A stretch of DNA of 64,000 nt from Candidatus Magasanikiibacteriota bacterium (GTDB taxonomy: Bacteria; Patescibacteriota; Patescibacteriia; Magasanikbacterales; UBA922): positions 12,135 through 76,134 of the forward strand of contig DOMK01000013.1 in NCBI GenBank assembly GCA_003510435.1, written 5' to 3'. This document shows, in pieces, positions 9,536-18,639 of the stretch. Each line of letters opens with the position of its first letter. Within the stretch, counting starts at the first letter, position 1. Under the pieces are notes generated by a model. The model made no database searches. It saw only the letters and a list, made by a program, of their open reading frames with translations, and was not told the DNA's origin. Position numbers and translations under genes: made by a program.

Positions 9536-12136
9536 CTACTCCAAATGTACTCCATCTTCCCAATCCCTCACTTTACTTACAAGTGAAGGATTTTTTTTGA
9601 AGTCAATTCCTCGTGCCAAATCACGTGATAATTTTATCAAATCCATATCCTGCATGGTGGCGAGTTTAAAAGGTGGTAGACCACTCTGGCTTGTGCCATA
9701 AACTTCACCCGGGCCACGAGTTTGGAGATCATACTCAGCAATTTTAAAACCATCAGTATTTTGAGAAAAAAATTGCAATCGTGCCAAAGATTTTTCATTG
9801 TCAGTGTCAGTAAATAAAAAACAATATGATTGATGTAAAGCTCTACCCACCCGACCACGGAATTGATGGAGCTGGGCCAAGCCAAACCTGTCTGCGCCTT
9901 CTATCATCATCACGACAGCATTAGGAATATTTACTCCCACTTCTACGACTGATGTGGAAACTAGTATATCTATTTTTCCACTCGCAAAATCAGCCATAGT
10001 GTTTTCTTTTTCATTTGGCTTTAATTTGCCATGTAAATAACCAACACGTAAATCTTTAAATATCTCCTCAGATAATTTTTTATATTCACTCATTACACTT
10101 TTTTTATCTAAGGAGTAAGGAATAAGGAGTAAGGAATTATTATCAACAAAATCATCATCACTTTTTCCTTTTTCCTTTTTCCTTTTTCCTTCATCAATCA
10201 ACGGACATATCACAAACACCTGTCTCCCCTGTTTAACTTGTGAACGAATAAAATCATAGGCCTTGTTTCTATTTTCACTATCTACCACTCTAGTATCAAT
10301 TGCTTTTCTACCCACTGGCATTTCATTAATAATAGATAAATCCAAATCACCATACAAAGTAAGAGCAAAGGATCTGGGAATCGGGGTCGCAGTCATAGAC
10401 AACAAGTGAGGCCTCATTGCTGACTGACGCAGACTAGACGCAGACTCATTATTACCACGGGCAATATCATAAACAATTCTTTGAATATCCACGCTCTCGT
10501 GAGAAAAATTTATTAACAAAGCCAACTTATACAGTGATCCTTTTAAATATGTCCAAACCTGTCTATTTTCTCTACTACCAACAAACGGAAGGGCTTTTAA
10601 TTCAATGATAATTTTATCTTCAACCACAAAATCTGGACGATAAATTCCTATTTTTTTATTTTCATATTTTATATCTAATACTTTTTCTTTTTCAAATTTT
10701 ATTCCTTCTTTTTTAAATTCCTCTTCCAATGCATTTTGATAAATTACTTCTTTATGTCCTAAACCTAAATTCTTTTTAACATTAAAAATACATCCTCTTA
10801 TTTTGTAAGTCAAATCTTTATATAAAAATCCACTTTTACTTTCCTTCTCCTGTTGTTCTTCCTCTTCTGCGTCGTCTGCGTAAGTCTGCGTAAGTCTGCG
10901 TCGTTGTTCTACTCCGAATCGATGTTGTTCATCTATAATTACTAAACCTAAATTTTTAAACTGTACTTTTTCTGATAATAGAGCGTGGGTTCCAATAATC
11001 AAGTTTATTTGCCCAGTTTTAATTTGTTTAAGTAAATCTTTTTTAATCAAAATACTAGAAGATCGGTGATCACTGATCACTGATTGAGAACGTGTCAACA
11101 GCGCTATTTTAACTTTATCTTCCAACAGCTTTGTCAGCGAATCAAAATGTTGCACGGCCAATATCTCGGTCGGCGCCATTATCACTGCTTGATAATTATT
11201 CAAAACTGTATTATAAAGCGCCATCGCTGCCACGACAGTTTTTCCACTTCCCACATCACCTTCTAACAATCGATTCATAGGTTCATTTTTTTCCAAATCA
11301 CGCAAAATATCCCAAGCCGACACTTTTTGGGCTTTGGTAAGCTGAAAAGGTAAAGAACTAACAAACTCTTTTATTTTTTCTTGCTGAAATTTTATTTCCC
11401 AAGCTTTTGATCGTTTCAAAGATTGACGAATCATTTCCGCGCGTAATTGTAAAATAAATAGTTCTCCAAATTTCAAACGCTTTTTTGCTTGATTTAAGTC
11501 TATTTCATCTATTGGAAAATGGATACCACGCACCGCTTCGGCCAGATAAATCAAATCTGCTTTTTCTAAAATTTCATCTGGTATCCATTCTTTTAGTAAA
11601 TCATGAGTCAAATAAATTATTTGACTAACTAAAAACCTTAATTGTTTATTAGTAACTCCAGTCGTGAGATGATAAATTGGGACAATCCTGGCAGTATGGG
11701 TAGTGTTTTTTTCTCCCAAAGCTTTTTGTTTGGTTTCTTTTTCATAAGACGGCGATGCCATTTGTTTGCCTAGTTTTCCAATTGATAATTTGCCTGATAG
11801 ATAAACTGTATCACCAGGTTTAAAATTCCGAGTAATAAAAGGCTGGCCAAACCAAACAATTTTTAATTTTCCAGTTTCATCATAAACAATCGCCTCTGTC
11901 ATAATTGTTCGTCTTTTAAAAATCCGCCGATTGGAAATAATCTCTATTTTCGCTTTAATTGTCACTTCTTCCCCTACTTCCAAATCAGCAATATTCTTGG
12001 TACTACTATAATCTTGATAGCGAAAAGGTAAATAAAACAACAAATCCTGAATAGTATTTATACCAAGATTTTTTAAATGCCTTTCCATCTTTTTGGCAAT
12101 ATGGTTGATTTGTCCAATAAGTGTGTCTAATTGCAT
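9536..12136 (-). CDS. recG: ATP-dependent DNA helicase RecG carrying in-frame insertions
   Basis: Wedge domain, GDVGSGKT, DEQHRFG, MTATPIPR, QLHQFRGRVGR, RGPGE. Confidence 0.95.
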   Translation of the reverse strand: MQLDTLIGQINHIAKKMERHLKNLGINTIQDLLFYLPFRYQDYSSTKNIADLEVGEEVTIKAKIEIISNRRIFKRRTIMTEAIVYDETGKLKIVWFGQPFITRNFKPGDTVYLSGKLSIGKLGKQMASPSYEKETKQKALGEKNTTHTARIVPIYHLTTGVTNKQLRFLVSQIIYLTHDLLKEWIPDEILEKADLIYLAEAVRGIHFPIDEIDLNQAKKRLKFGELFILQLRAEMIRQSLKRSKAWEIKFQQEKIKEFVSSLPFQLTKAQKVSAWDILRDLEKNEPMNRLLEGDVGSGKTVVAAMALYNTVLNNYQAVIMAPTEILAVQHFDSLTKLLEDKVKIALLTRSQSVISDHRSSSILIKKDLLKQIKTGQINLIIGTHALLSEKVQFKNLGLVIIDEQHRFGVEQRRRLTQTYADDAEEEEQQEKESKSGFLYKDLTYKIRGCIFNVKKNLGLGHKEVIYQNALEEEFKKEGIKFEKEKVLDIKYENKKIGIYRPDFVVEDKIIIELKALPFVGSRENRQVWTYLKGSLYKLALLINFSHESVDIQRIVYDIARGNNESASSLRQSAMRPHLLSMTATPIPRSFALTLYGDLDLSIINEMPVGRKAIDTRVVDSENRNKAYDFIRSQVKQGRQVFVICPLIDEGKRKKEKGKSDDDFVDNNSLLLIPYSLDKKSVMSEYKKLSEEIFKDLRVGYLHGKLKPNEKENTMADFASGKIDILVSTSVVEVGVNIPNAVVMMIEGADRFGLAQLHQFRGRVGRALHQSYCFLFTDTDNEKSLARLQFFSQNTDGFKIAEYDLQTRGPGEVYGTSQSGLPPFKLATMQDMDLIKLSRDLARGIDFKKNPSLVSKVRDWEDGVHLE
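10419..10903 (-). mobile_element. GxxExxY (PD-(D/E)xK) nuclease cassette with terminal inverted repeats, inserted in frame in recG
   Basis: LGLGHKEVIY, RPDFVVEDKIIIELKA, QVWTYLK, LLINF; flanked by ACGCAGAC(TT) repeats (10866-10903) and their inverse (10419-10446). Confidence 0.8.
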
Positions 12137-12152
12137 GCTGATATTTTAACAC

Positions 12153-12175
12153 AAAACTCCCCAATTGGGGAGTTT
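12153..12175. terminator. Hairpin, probable terminator of tRNA-Arg
   Basis: aaactcccc-aatt-ggggagttt. Confidence 0.6.
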
Positions 12176-12180
12176 ATTTG

Positions 12181-12252
12181 TGCACTCGGCAAGAATCGAA
12201 CTTGCATTATCAGATCCGCAATCTGATGTCCTATCCATTGAACGACGAGTGC
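12181..12252 (-). tRNA. tRNA-Arg(GCG)
   Basis: Cloverleaf; anticodon arm TCAGA-TTGCGGA-TCTGA; GTTCGA T-loop; CCA not encoded. Confidence 0.9.
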
Positions 12253-12489
12253 GTGTTTTTATTTAAAAATATTTTTACTTTTTTATTATATACGTTTCTC
12301 ACATCCTCTCGCCCCGTAAAGAACCCACAAGGTTCTTTTTTCGGGGTCCATTGAACGACGAGTGCTTAGATTTAAAAACGAAAATATTATAGTATAAATA
12401 ACTGGATAAGTCAAGTACAAAAGATCTAACCAAAACCACCTGAAAGGTGGTTATTTGTATTTTGTTACGTGTCTCGTGTATCGTGTTTA

Positions 12490-12993
12490 TTAGTGTATTT
12501 GCCAATTCCTTGCCATTCTATCACTTATTGGTTCATCTTCCTTTTCTGTGTCCTCTATTAAAAATTCTTTTAAACTAAATTTTATTTCCATTGGATCCAT
12601 GTCCAATAAAGGGATACTTATTAATGGCCGAAGAGCTGATTTTGTTTCCAAAAACAAAGTCTTTACTTCTGGGGGCTGATAAATAAGATAAAAACTACTA
12701 AATTCTGAATAACTATAAAACCGATTACCTAAAATTATACCCAACTCAGTGATTTGAAATAAAACTTGTGGTGGTACTTGGTGTGATTGTAAAAACAAAA
12801 TAATTGCCACCAAAACAATAATTAAAGAAAATAAAAAATTACCACTAATTATTCCATAAATTACTAAACCTAAACCCAAAAGTATCATCACCACATACCA
12901 AATCATCCCTCTATCATGCTGTTCATATTCTTGGATAGTCCACTTGTGTAATATATCTCCAATCAATGTATTTTCTGTAATTTTTTCTGGCAT
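12490..12993 (-). CDS. Membrane protein with two TM helices (CPR-type hypothetical)
   Basis: Likely start MPEKITE at 12993; the longer ORF runs into tRNA-Val. Confidence 0.75.
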   Translation of the reverse strand: MPEKITENTLIGDILHKWTIQEYEQHDRGMIWYVVMILLGLGLVIYGIISGNFLFSLIIVLVAIILFLQSHQVPPQVLFQITELGIILGNRFYSYSEFSSFYLIYQPPEVKTLFLETKSALRPLISIPLLDMDPMEIKFSLKEFLIEDTEKEDEPISDRMARNWQIH

Positions 12994-13046
12994 ATAATTA
13001 ATTTTATAATTATAGACAAATTCTGATAAAATCAAAATTAATATTT

Positions 13047-13123
13047 TGGTAGCCACTACTGGGTTCGAACCAGTGACCCCTGCAATGTGAATGCAATGCT
13101 CTAGCCAACTGAGCTAAGTGGCC
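13047..13123 (-). tRNA. tRNA-Val(CAC)
   Basis: GGCCACT acceptor, TTGCA-TTCACAT-TGCAG anticodon arm, GGTTCGAA, encoded CCA. Confidence 0.92.
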
Positions 13124-13133
13124 ATGACTAAAA

Positions 13134-13272
13134 GGTCTGACCTTCCCGATGTAAAATCGGGACGCTCTATAACCTCCGCCAAAGGCGGATCAGCCTATGG
13201 CTGAAACTGCCTGTCCGTCCGAAGTCCTCCGTAGCTTTAGCGAAGGAGGACGAAGGCGGAAGCTACAGATCC
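13134..13272 (-). pseudogene. Degenerate tRNA-like 5' segment interrupted by palindromic elements
   Basis: GGATCTG-TAGCT[ins]CAGT[ins]GTTATAGAGCG-TCCCGATTTTACATCGGGA-AGGTC; no T arm. Confidence 0.5.
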
Positions 13273-13364
13273 ATTATAGCACAATTTTAACATAAAAACA
13301 CTCCAAAGGCAAATTAATCAACAACCATTGCCAAAAACCATAATTTACCTTATAATATCACTAT

Positions 13365-14795
13365 ATGAACGCCGAACACATAAATCTTTTACCCCAAGAA
13401 CCCTTATCACAAAATTATTCCCCTAAAAAACCCAAACGGTTTATTTTTTTAATTATTCTATTAAGCATACTATTGGTTGGTGGCTGTATTACCAAGGCAA
13501 TTATTGGTGAATATACCCCCGAAGATCCTAATAAATATGACCCTATAACTTTAGAACCGAAATCACCCGATGGATTATTTAAAAAGATTAGCTATTTTGT
13601 CTTTAGCAAAGAAAATGAACTTGATGGCTACAATGATGACCGAATTAATTTACTTCTCTTAGGTATGGGTGGACTAGGCCACGATGGCCCTTTCTTAACC
13701 GACACCAATATAATCGCCAGCATCAAACCATCAACTGGTCAAATTGCCATGATCTCAATCCCCCGCGATTTGAAAGTAAAAATTCCTGGACATGACTGGA
13801 ACAAAATTAATTCTGCTAATGCTTTTGGTGAAACAGAAAAAAGTGGCTATGGGGCAGAATTTGCCAGGCAAATAGTTGAAGATACTTTTGATTTACCAAT
13901 TCAATATTATGCCCGAGTAGATTTTGCAGCTTTTGCAGAAATAATCAATGAAATCGGTGGTGTAACTATAAATGTTGAACAATCATTTGCTGATCATATG
14001 TATCCAGCGGAAAATTATGAATACCAAACTGTAGAATTTTCTAAAGGTATCCAAACTATGGACGGAGATATGGCTTTAAAATTTGTCCGTTCTAGACATG
14101 GTAATAATGGTGAGGGTTCGGATTTTGCTCGTGCTCGTCGTCAACAAAAAGTTTTATCAGCCTTAAAAGAAAAAGTTTTATCATTTAGCACATTACTAAA
14201 CCCAATAAAAATAAACAATATAAAAAATAGTTTGGAAAAACACATTACCACCAACATGAACTTTGCCGACATAATGTCTTTTTTCAAATTAATAAAAGAA
14301 CTAGATACAAACAATATTACCAACTTAGTATTGGATGACAGTCCAGACAATTATTTACAAAATGGGTACACTGCCAACGGAGCTTTTATTTTGGAACCAA
14401 AAACAGGAGATTTTAAAAGCATTAACAACTTAATAAAAAATATTTTTGACCCAAATAAAATCACAAAAGATAATACTCCCCAACAACTGGAACCACCAAT
14501 CATGCAACCAACTAATATTGAAATTCAAAATGGCACTTGGAGTGTGGGTATGGCCGCTAGAATGAAAAAAAGATTAGAAGATAAAAATTTTAGTATCACT
14601 ACCGTTGGTAATACTACAGAAAAACCCCAAACATACAGCGGAATATTCAAAACTTCTGATAAAGACACCTCTGGTATTACCCAAGCCTTACAACAAGAAC
14701 TTCATATTCCAATTAAACAAACCTTACCTGCCAATATCCAACCCACGTCTACATCTGATATATTAATTTTATTAGGAGATGATTTAGAAGAATAA
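13365..14795 (+). CDS. LCP (LytR-CpsA-Psr) family protein with LytR C-terminal domain
   Basis: N-terminal TM, TDTNI, SIPRD, KINSA, FVRSRH, DFARARRQQ; C-terminal IQNGT...ILLGDD. Confidence 0.9.
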   Translation: MNAEHINLLPQEPLSQNYSPKKPKRFIFLIILLSILLVGGCITKAIIGEYTPEDPNKYDPITLEPKSPDGLFKKISYFVFSKENELDGYNDDRINLLLLGMGGLGHDGPFLTDTNIIASIKPSTGQIAMISIPRDLKVKIPGHDWNKINSANAFGETEKSGYGAEFARQIVEDTFDLPIQYYARVDFAAFAEIINEIGGVTINVEQSFADHMYPAENYEYQTVEFSKGIQTMDGDMALKFVRSRHGNNGEGSDFARARRQQKVLSALKEKVLSFSTLLNPIKINNIKNSLEKHITTNMNFADIMSFFKLIKELDTNNITNLVLDDSPDNYLQNGYTANGAFILEPKTGDFKSINNLIKNIFDPNKITKDNTPQQLEPPIMQPTNIEIQNGTWSVGMAARMKKRLEDKNFSITTVGNTTEKPQTYSGIFKTSDKDTSGITQALQQELHIPIKQTLPANIQPTSTSDILILLGDDLEE

Positions 14796-14799
14796 TAAT

Positions 14800-16200
14800 A
14801 TGACTACACCAGCCAAAATTGATTTACAAAAATTACCCGTGATCGCCCTCGTCGGTAGAGTTAATGTCGGCAAATCAACTCTTTTTAATAAACTAATTGA
14901 AAGTAACAAAGCCATTGTCTCCGATGTCCCTGGAACTACCAGAACCAATAATGAAGGCACAATTCTTTGGCGCGGAAAATATATAAAAATAATTGACACT
15001 GGTGGTCTCACTTTTGAAGATGATATTCCTCTAGAAGAAGACATTGTGATCCAAAGTGAACGGGCCATGAAAGAAGCAGATATTATACTTTTTATAGCTG
15101 ATGTTGAAGATGGCATCTTACCCCAAGAAAGAGAACTGGCCAAAAGAATGCGTCGAATAATTACCAAACCAGTAATCCTCGTGGCCAACAAAGTGGATAG
15201 TGAAAAAAAAGCTATAAATTTGAATGAGCCAGAATGGATGAAACTGGGTTTAGGTGAACCTTTTTCTATTTCAGCGGCCAATGGCAGAAACACCGGCGAC
15301 CTTTTGGATTATATATACAAAATTTTAGGAAAAATAAAAATTACTCCAAAAAAATTATCTCAAACCAAAGACAGACCAATTGATGTCAGCATTATTGGCA
15401 AACCAAATGTTGGTAAATCTTCTTTATTCAATAAATTAATTGGCCAAGAAAAAGTTATTGTCAATCCAATGGCTCACACCACGCGCGAACCACACGATAC
15501 TTTAGTAGATTATGAATATAAAGTAGGGGCAAAGCTCGTAAACCAAAAAATAAATTTTATTGATACCGCTGGTATAAGAAGAAAAGCCAAAGTAAGTGGC
15601 AAACTAGAAAAAGAAGGCATTAGTAAGAGTATCCAATCAGCCGAACAATCTGACATTATTCTTTTGATAATAGATGGGGCAGAAATTATTTCCTCTCAAG
15701 ATATGCAATTGGCCGGATTACTAGAAAAAAGATCCAAAAGCGTTATAATAATAGTAAATAAATGGGACTTGGCCGAAGATAATTCTGAAACCGCACGTAA
15801 TAAAGTAAAAAGAATGGTTTATTCATTTTTCCCTCATCTAGATTTTGCTCCCATGGTTTTTACTAGTGGCAAAACAGGCTATCGCGTTCATGATATTTTT
15901 CCACTATTAATTCAGGCTTGGAATGCCAGACAAACTTCTATCCCCAATCCTGTTTTGGATAAATTTATTCAAACTGTTCAAGCGACCCACCTACCATCAC
16001 GTGGTAAGGGTACCAGACAACCTACTCTACTGGGTATGACTCAAGTGAATATTGCTCCACCAGTTTTTCAAATTATTGTAAAATATAGAACATCTCTGCA
16101 CCGGTCTTATCTAAATTTTGTAGAAAACAAATTAAGGGAGCAATTTAATTTCTTTGCCTGCCCAATTGTGATAAAATTAAGTAAGAGTAAAAAAGTATAA
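14800..16200 (+). CDS. der: Ribosome biogenesis GTPase Der
   Basis: Two tandem G domains (GRVNVGKS/DTGG/NKVD and GKPNVGKS/DTAG/NKWD) plus KH-like C-terminus. Confidence 0.95.
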   Translation: MTTPAKIDLQKLPVIALVGRVNVGKSTLFNKLIESNKAIVSDVPGTTRTNNEGTILWRGKYIKIIDTGGLTFEDDIPLEEDIVIQSERAMKEADIILFIADVEDGILPQERELAKRMRRIITKPVILVANKVDSEKKAINLNEPEWMKLGLGEPFSISAANGRNTGDLLDYIYKILGKIKITPKKLSQTKDRPIDVSIIGKPNVGKSSLFNKLIGQEKVIVNPMAHTTREPHDTLVDYEYKVGAKLVNQKINFIDTAGIRRKAKVSGKLEKEGISKSIQSAEQSDIILLIIDGAEIISSQDMQLAGLLEKRSKSVIIIVNKWDLAEDNSETARNKVKRMVYSFFPHLDFAPMVFTSGKTGYRVHDIFPLLIQAWNARQTSIPNPVLDKFIQTVQATHLPSRGKGTRQPTLLGMTQVNIAPPVFQIIVKYRTSLHRSYLNFVENKLREQFNFFACPIVIKLSKSKKV

Positions 16201-16203
16201 AAT

Positions 16204-16686
16204 AATACTAATAATAAATACGAATTATACTGATGCTATACAAATATGAATAATACTGGAGAAAAATTAATTTATCCGGATTTATCTTATAAAATAAATG
16301 GAATCCTCTTTGCCACCCATAATGAATTAGGCCCCTATGCCAGAGAAAAACAAATTGGTGATGTAATAGAAAAATTATTAAAAGAACAAGAAATACCCTA
16401 CCTCAGAGAATGTCAAATTGGCAATAGCGGAAATGTATTGGACTTTATTATAGATAATAAAATTATTCTTGAACTAAAATCAAAACGTTTTATAATAAGA
16501 GCAGATTATGAACAAACACAAAGGTATCTGCAAGCCACCCAGCTTAAACTTGCGATCTTAGTCAATTTTAGGACACAATATCTTAAACCAATCAGGATAG
16601 TAAAAATAGATACTCAATTTAAAGAAAAATTCATAAAAAAATATTAGTATAGCATCAGTATTATTAGTATAAATTAGTATATTAGT
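16204..16686. mobile_element. Inverted-repeat-bounded GxxExxY cassette
   Basis: Perfect 15-bp IR ATACTGATGCTATAC (16227-16241) / GTATAGCATCAGTAT (16647-16661) inside longer periodic TACTAAT/ATTAGTA arms. Confidence 0.7.
16246..16647 (+). CDS. GxxExxY-family (PD-(D/E)xK) protein with a divergent signature motif
   Basis: LSYKINGILF..HNELGPYAREKQI, LDFIIDNKIILELKS, QTQRYL, ILVNF. Confidence 0.85.
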   Translation: MNNTGEKLIYPDLSYKINGILFATHNELGPYAREKQIGDVIEKLLKEQEIPYLRECQIGNSGNVLDFIIDNKIILELKSKRFIIRADYEQTQRYLQATQLKLAILVNFRTQYLKPIRIVKIDTQFKEKFIKKY

Positions 16687-17226
16687 ATGAAACTAATCAT
16701 CGGCCTAGGCAATCCAGGCAAACAATACCAAAAAACCCGTCATAATATTGGTTTTATGGTTCTTGATGTTTTATTAGAAAAATTAGCGTCTGAAGCCAAA
16801 TGGGAATTGTCAAAAAAATTCAATGCCGAAATCTGTGAACTAAATTTTAATAACAACAAAATTATTCTCGCCAAACCCATGACCTTTATGAATGCTTCAG
16901 GCGAAGCTACTCAACTAATCACTCACTTTTACAAACTGACTCACGAAGATCTAATTGTAATTCATGATGACAAAGATTTGAAACTTGGTGATATTCGTGT
17001 TCAAACCGACAGATCCGATGCCGGCCACAATGGTATCAAATCGATTATTCAACACTTGGGTACACAAAATTTTACCAGAGTAAGAATTGGTATTGCTAGT
17101 GCCAATGAAAAAAAGATGAAAGATACGGCTGATTTCGTTTTAGGAAAATTCGGCCTTTTAGAAAAAAAAAAGGTGCAAGAAATAATAAACAAAAGTATTG
17201 AAGAAATAAAGACATTAATCATGTAA
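16687..17226 (+). CDS. pth: Peptidyl-tRNA hydrolase
   Basis: GLGNPG, TRHNIGF, KPMTFMN, GHNGIKS. Confidence 0.96.
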   Translation: MKLIIGLGNPGKQYQKTRHNIGFMVLDVLLEKLASEAKWELSKKFNAEICELNFNNNKIILAKPMTFMNASGEATQLITHFYKLTHEDLIVIHDDKDLKLGDIRVQTDRSDAGHNGIKSIIQHLGTQNFTRVRIGIASANEKKMKDTADFVLGKFGLLEKKKVQEIINKSIEEIKTLIM

Positions 17227-17260
17227 CATATATCACTTATCACATAACAAATTTAAAATC

Positions 17261-17292
17261 AAAATCCGCTGGTTAGACGGATTTTATTTTTT
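17261..17292 (+). terminator. Intrinsic terminator after pth
   Basis: aaaatccg...cggatttt followed by a T tract. Confidence 0.6.
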
Positions 17293-17338
17293 CCTTACAT
17301 GCTTTCTAAAAACCAATTTTTATGCTATTATAATATTC

Positions 17339-17380
17339 GTATAGCATCAGTATTATTAGTATTAATTCGTATATTAGCAT
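17339..17380 (+). repeat. Solo copy of the right end of the GxxExxY cassette, directly upstream of dprA
   Basis: 17339-17362 is identical to 16647-16670 (24 bp). Confidence 0.85.
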
Positions 17381-17384
17381 CGAA

Positions 17385-18464
17385 ATGCGCAAAGAAATCC
17401 TCCTCTCCTACTTCCCAAAAATTACTTCCCGACGCTACCAGCAATTGGTGGCCGTTTTTGATAATTTAGATAATGTTTGGAATGCAAATAGAGATGAAAT
17501 TATAAAAACTGGCTGGAAAGAAGACATTGTTGATCAATTTTTTATTTGGAAAGAAAAACTGGATGAAAACAAAATAGAACGAATTATAGAACAAGAGGAA
17601 ATATATTGCATAACAAAAGATGATGATAATTATCCAGCTTTGCTTAAAGAAATTTATGATCCCCCATTTTGTTTATTTGTCCGCGGTGAATTCAAGCCTG
17701 ATGACTTTTCTTTGGCCGTGGTTGGTACCAGAAAATTTTCTCCCTATGGTAAACAAGTGACAGGAGAATTAGTTTCTGAATTGGCTCACCAAGGCATCAC
17801 TATTATTAGTGGATTAGCCATTGGCATTGATTGCCTAGCTCATGAAGCTACTCTCAAAGCTGGTGGAAAAACAATTGCTGTGCTTGGCAGTGGTATAAAT
17901 AAACAACATATTTATCCTGGACAAAATAAAGATCTAGCCGAAAGAATAATCAAGTCTGGTGGAGCTCTGATATCAGAATATCCCCCGGGAACTCTGCCTT
18001 CAAAATTTACTTTTCCCCGTCGAAACCGCATTGTGGCTGGCATGTCCTTAGGAACACTGGTAATTGAAGCCCCAGAAGGCTCTGGAGCACTAATTACGGC
18101 TCAATGTTCACTTGATAATGACCGCGAAGTCTTTTCTGTACCACAAAATATAAATAGTGCCAATTCCTCAGGCCCAAATGAACTAATCAAAAATGGCGCC
18201 CAATTGGTCACCAAAGCTAGTGATATTTTAGACGCTCTAAATTTACAAGATGTAAAAAAGTATATTTCTAACCAAGCCATCATTCCTGATTCTCCTGTAG
18301 AAGCCAAAATATTGGACAACCTAACCCGCGAACCAATCCATATTGATGAACTAACAAAAAAATGTGAACTTGACAGTTCTAGTACAAATGCTACACTTAT
18401 ACTTATGGAAATGAAAGGTAAAGTGAGGAATCTGGGTGGAATGATGTACGTTTTAGGGCGATAA
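17385..18464 (+). CDS. dprA: DNA processing protein DprA
   Basis: AVVGTR, ISGLAIGID, FPRRNRIVAG, SGALITA. Confidence 0.95.
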   Translation: MRKEILLSYFPKITSRRYQQLVAVFDNLDNVWNANRDEIIKTGWKEDIVDQFFIWKEKLDENKIERIIEQEEIYCITKDDDNYPALLKEIYDPPFCLFVRGEFKPDDFSLAVVGTRKFSPYGKQVTGELVSELAHQGITIISGLAIGIDCLAHEATLKAGGKTIAVLGSGINKQHIYPGQNKDLAERIIKSGGALISEYPPGTLPSKFTFPRRNRIVAGMSLGTLVIEAPEGSGALITAQCSLDNDREVFSVPQNINSANSSGPNELIKNGAQLVTKASDILDALNLQDVKKYISNQAIIPDSPVEAKILDNLTREPIHIDELTKKCELDSSSTNATLILMEMKGKVRNLGGMMYVLGR

Positions 18465-18468
18465 CACT

Positions 18469-18535
18469 TGTCATTCCGAGCGAAACCGATTCGCATCGGC
18501 TGACGAGGTCGAAGATACCCGTAAGGGTGAATCCC
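18469..18535 (+). repeat. TCATTCCG...GAATC REP-like element
   Basis: Related copies at about 26004, 26198-26223, 30848, 50602, 50705 and 62805. Confidence 0.65.
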
Positions 18536-18639
18536 TTTCTTAAATTTACAATTCTAATTACTAATTTAAAAATATAAATCAATTCTATGATTTAATTATA
18601 ATTATTTAATCTTCTAATCATTAAATCCTAAATATTTTT

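Noticed and set aside
10419-10903. Intein or group I/II intron in recG
   Set aside because: No intein splice-junction motifs, no LAGLIDADG or RT domain, and no recognisable ribozyme core; the insert is almost entirely the GxxExxY domain plus arms.
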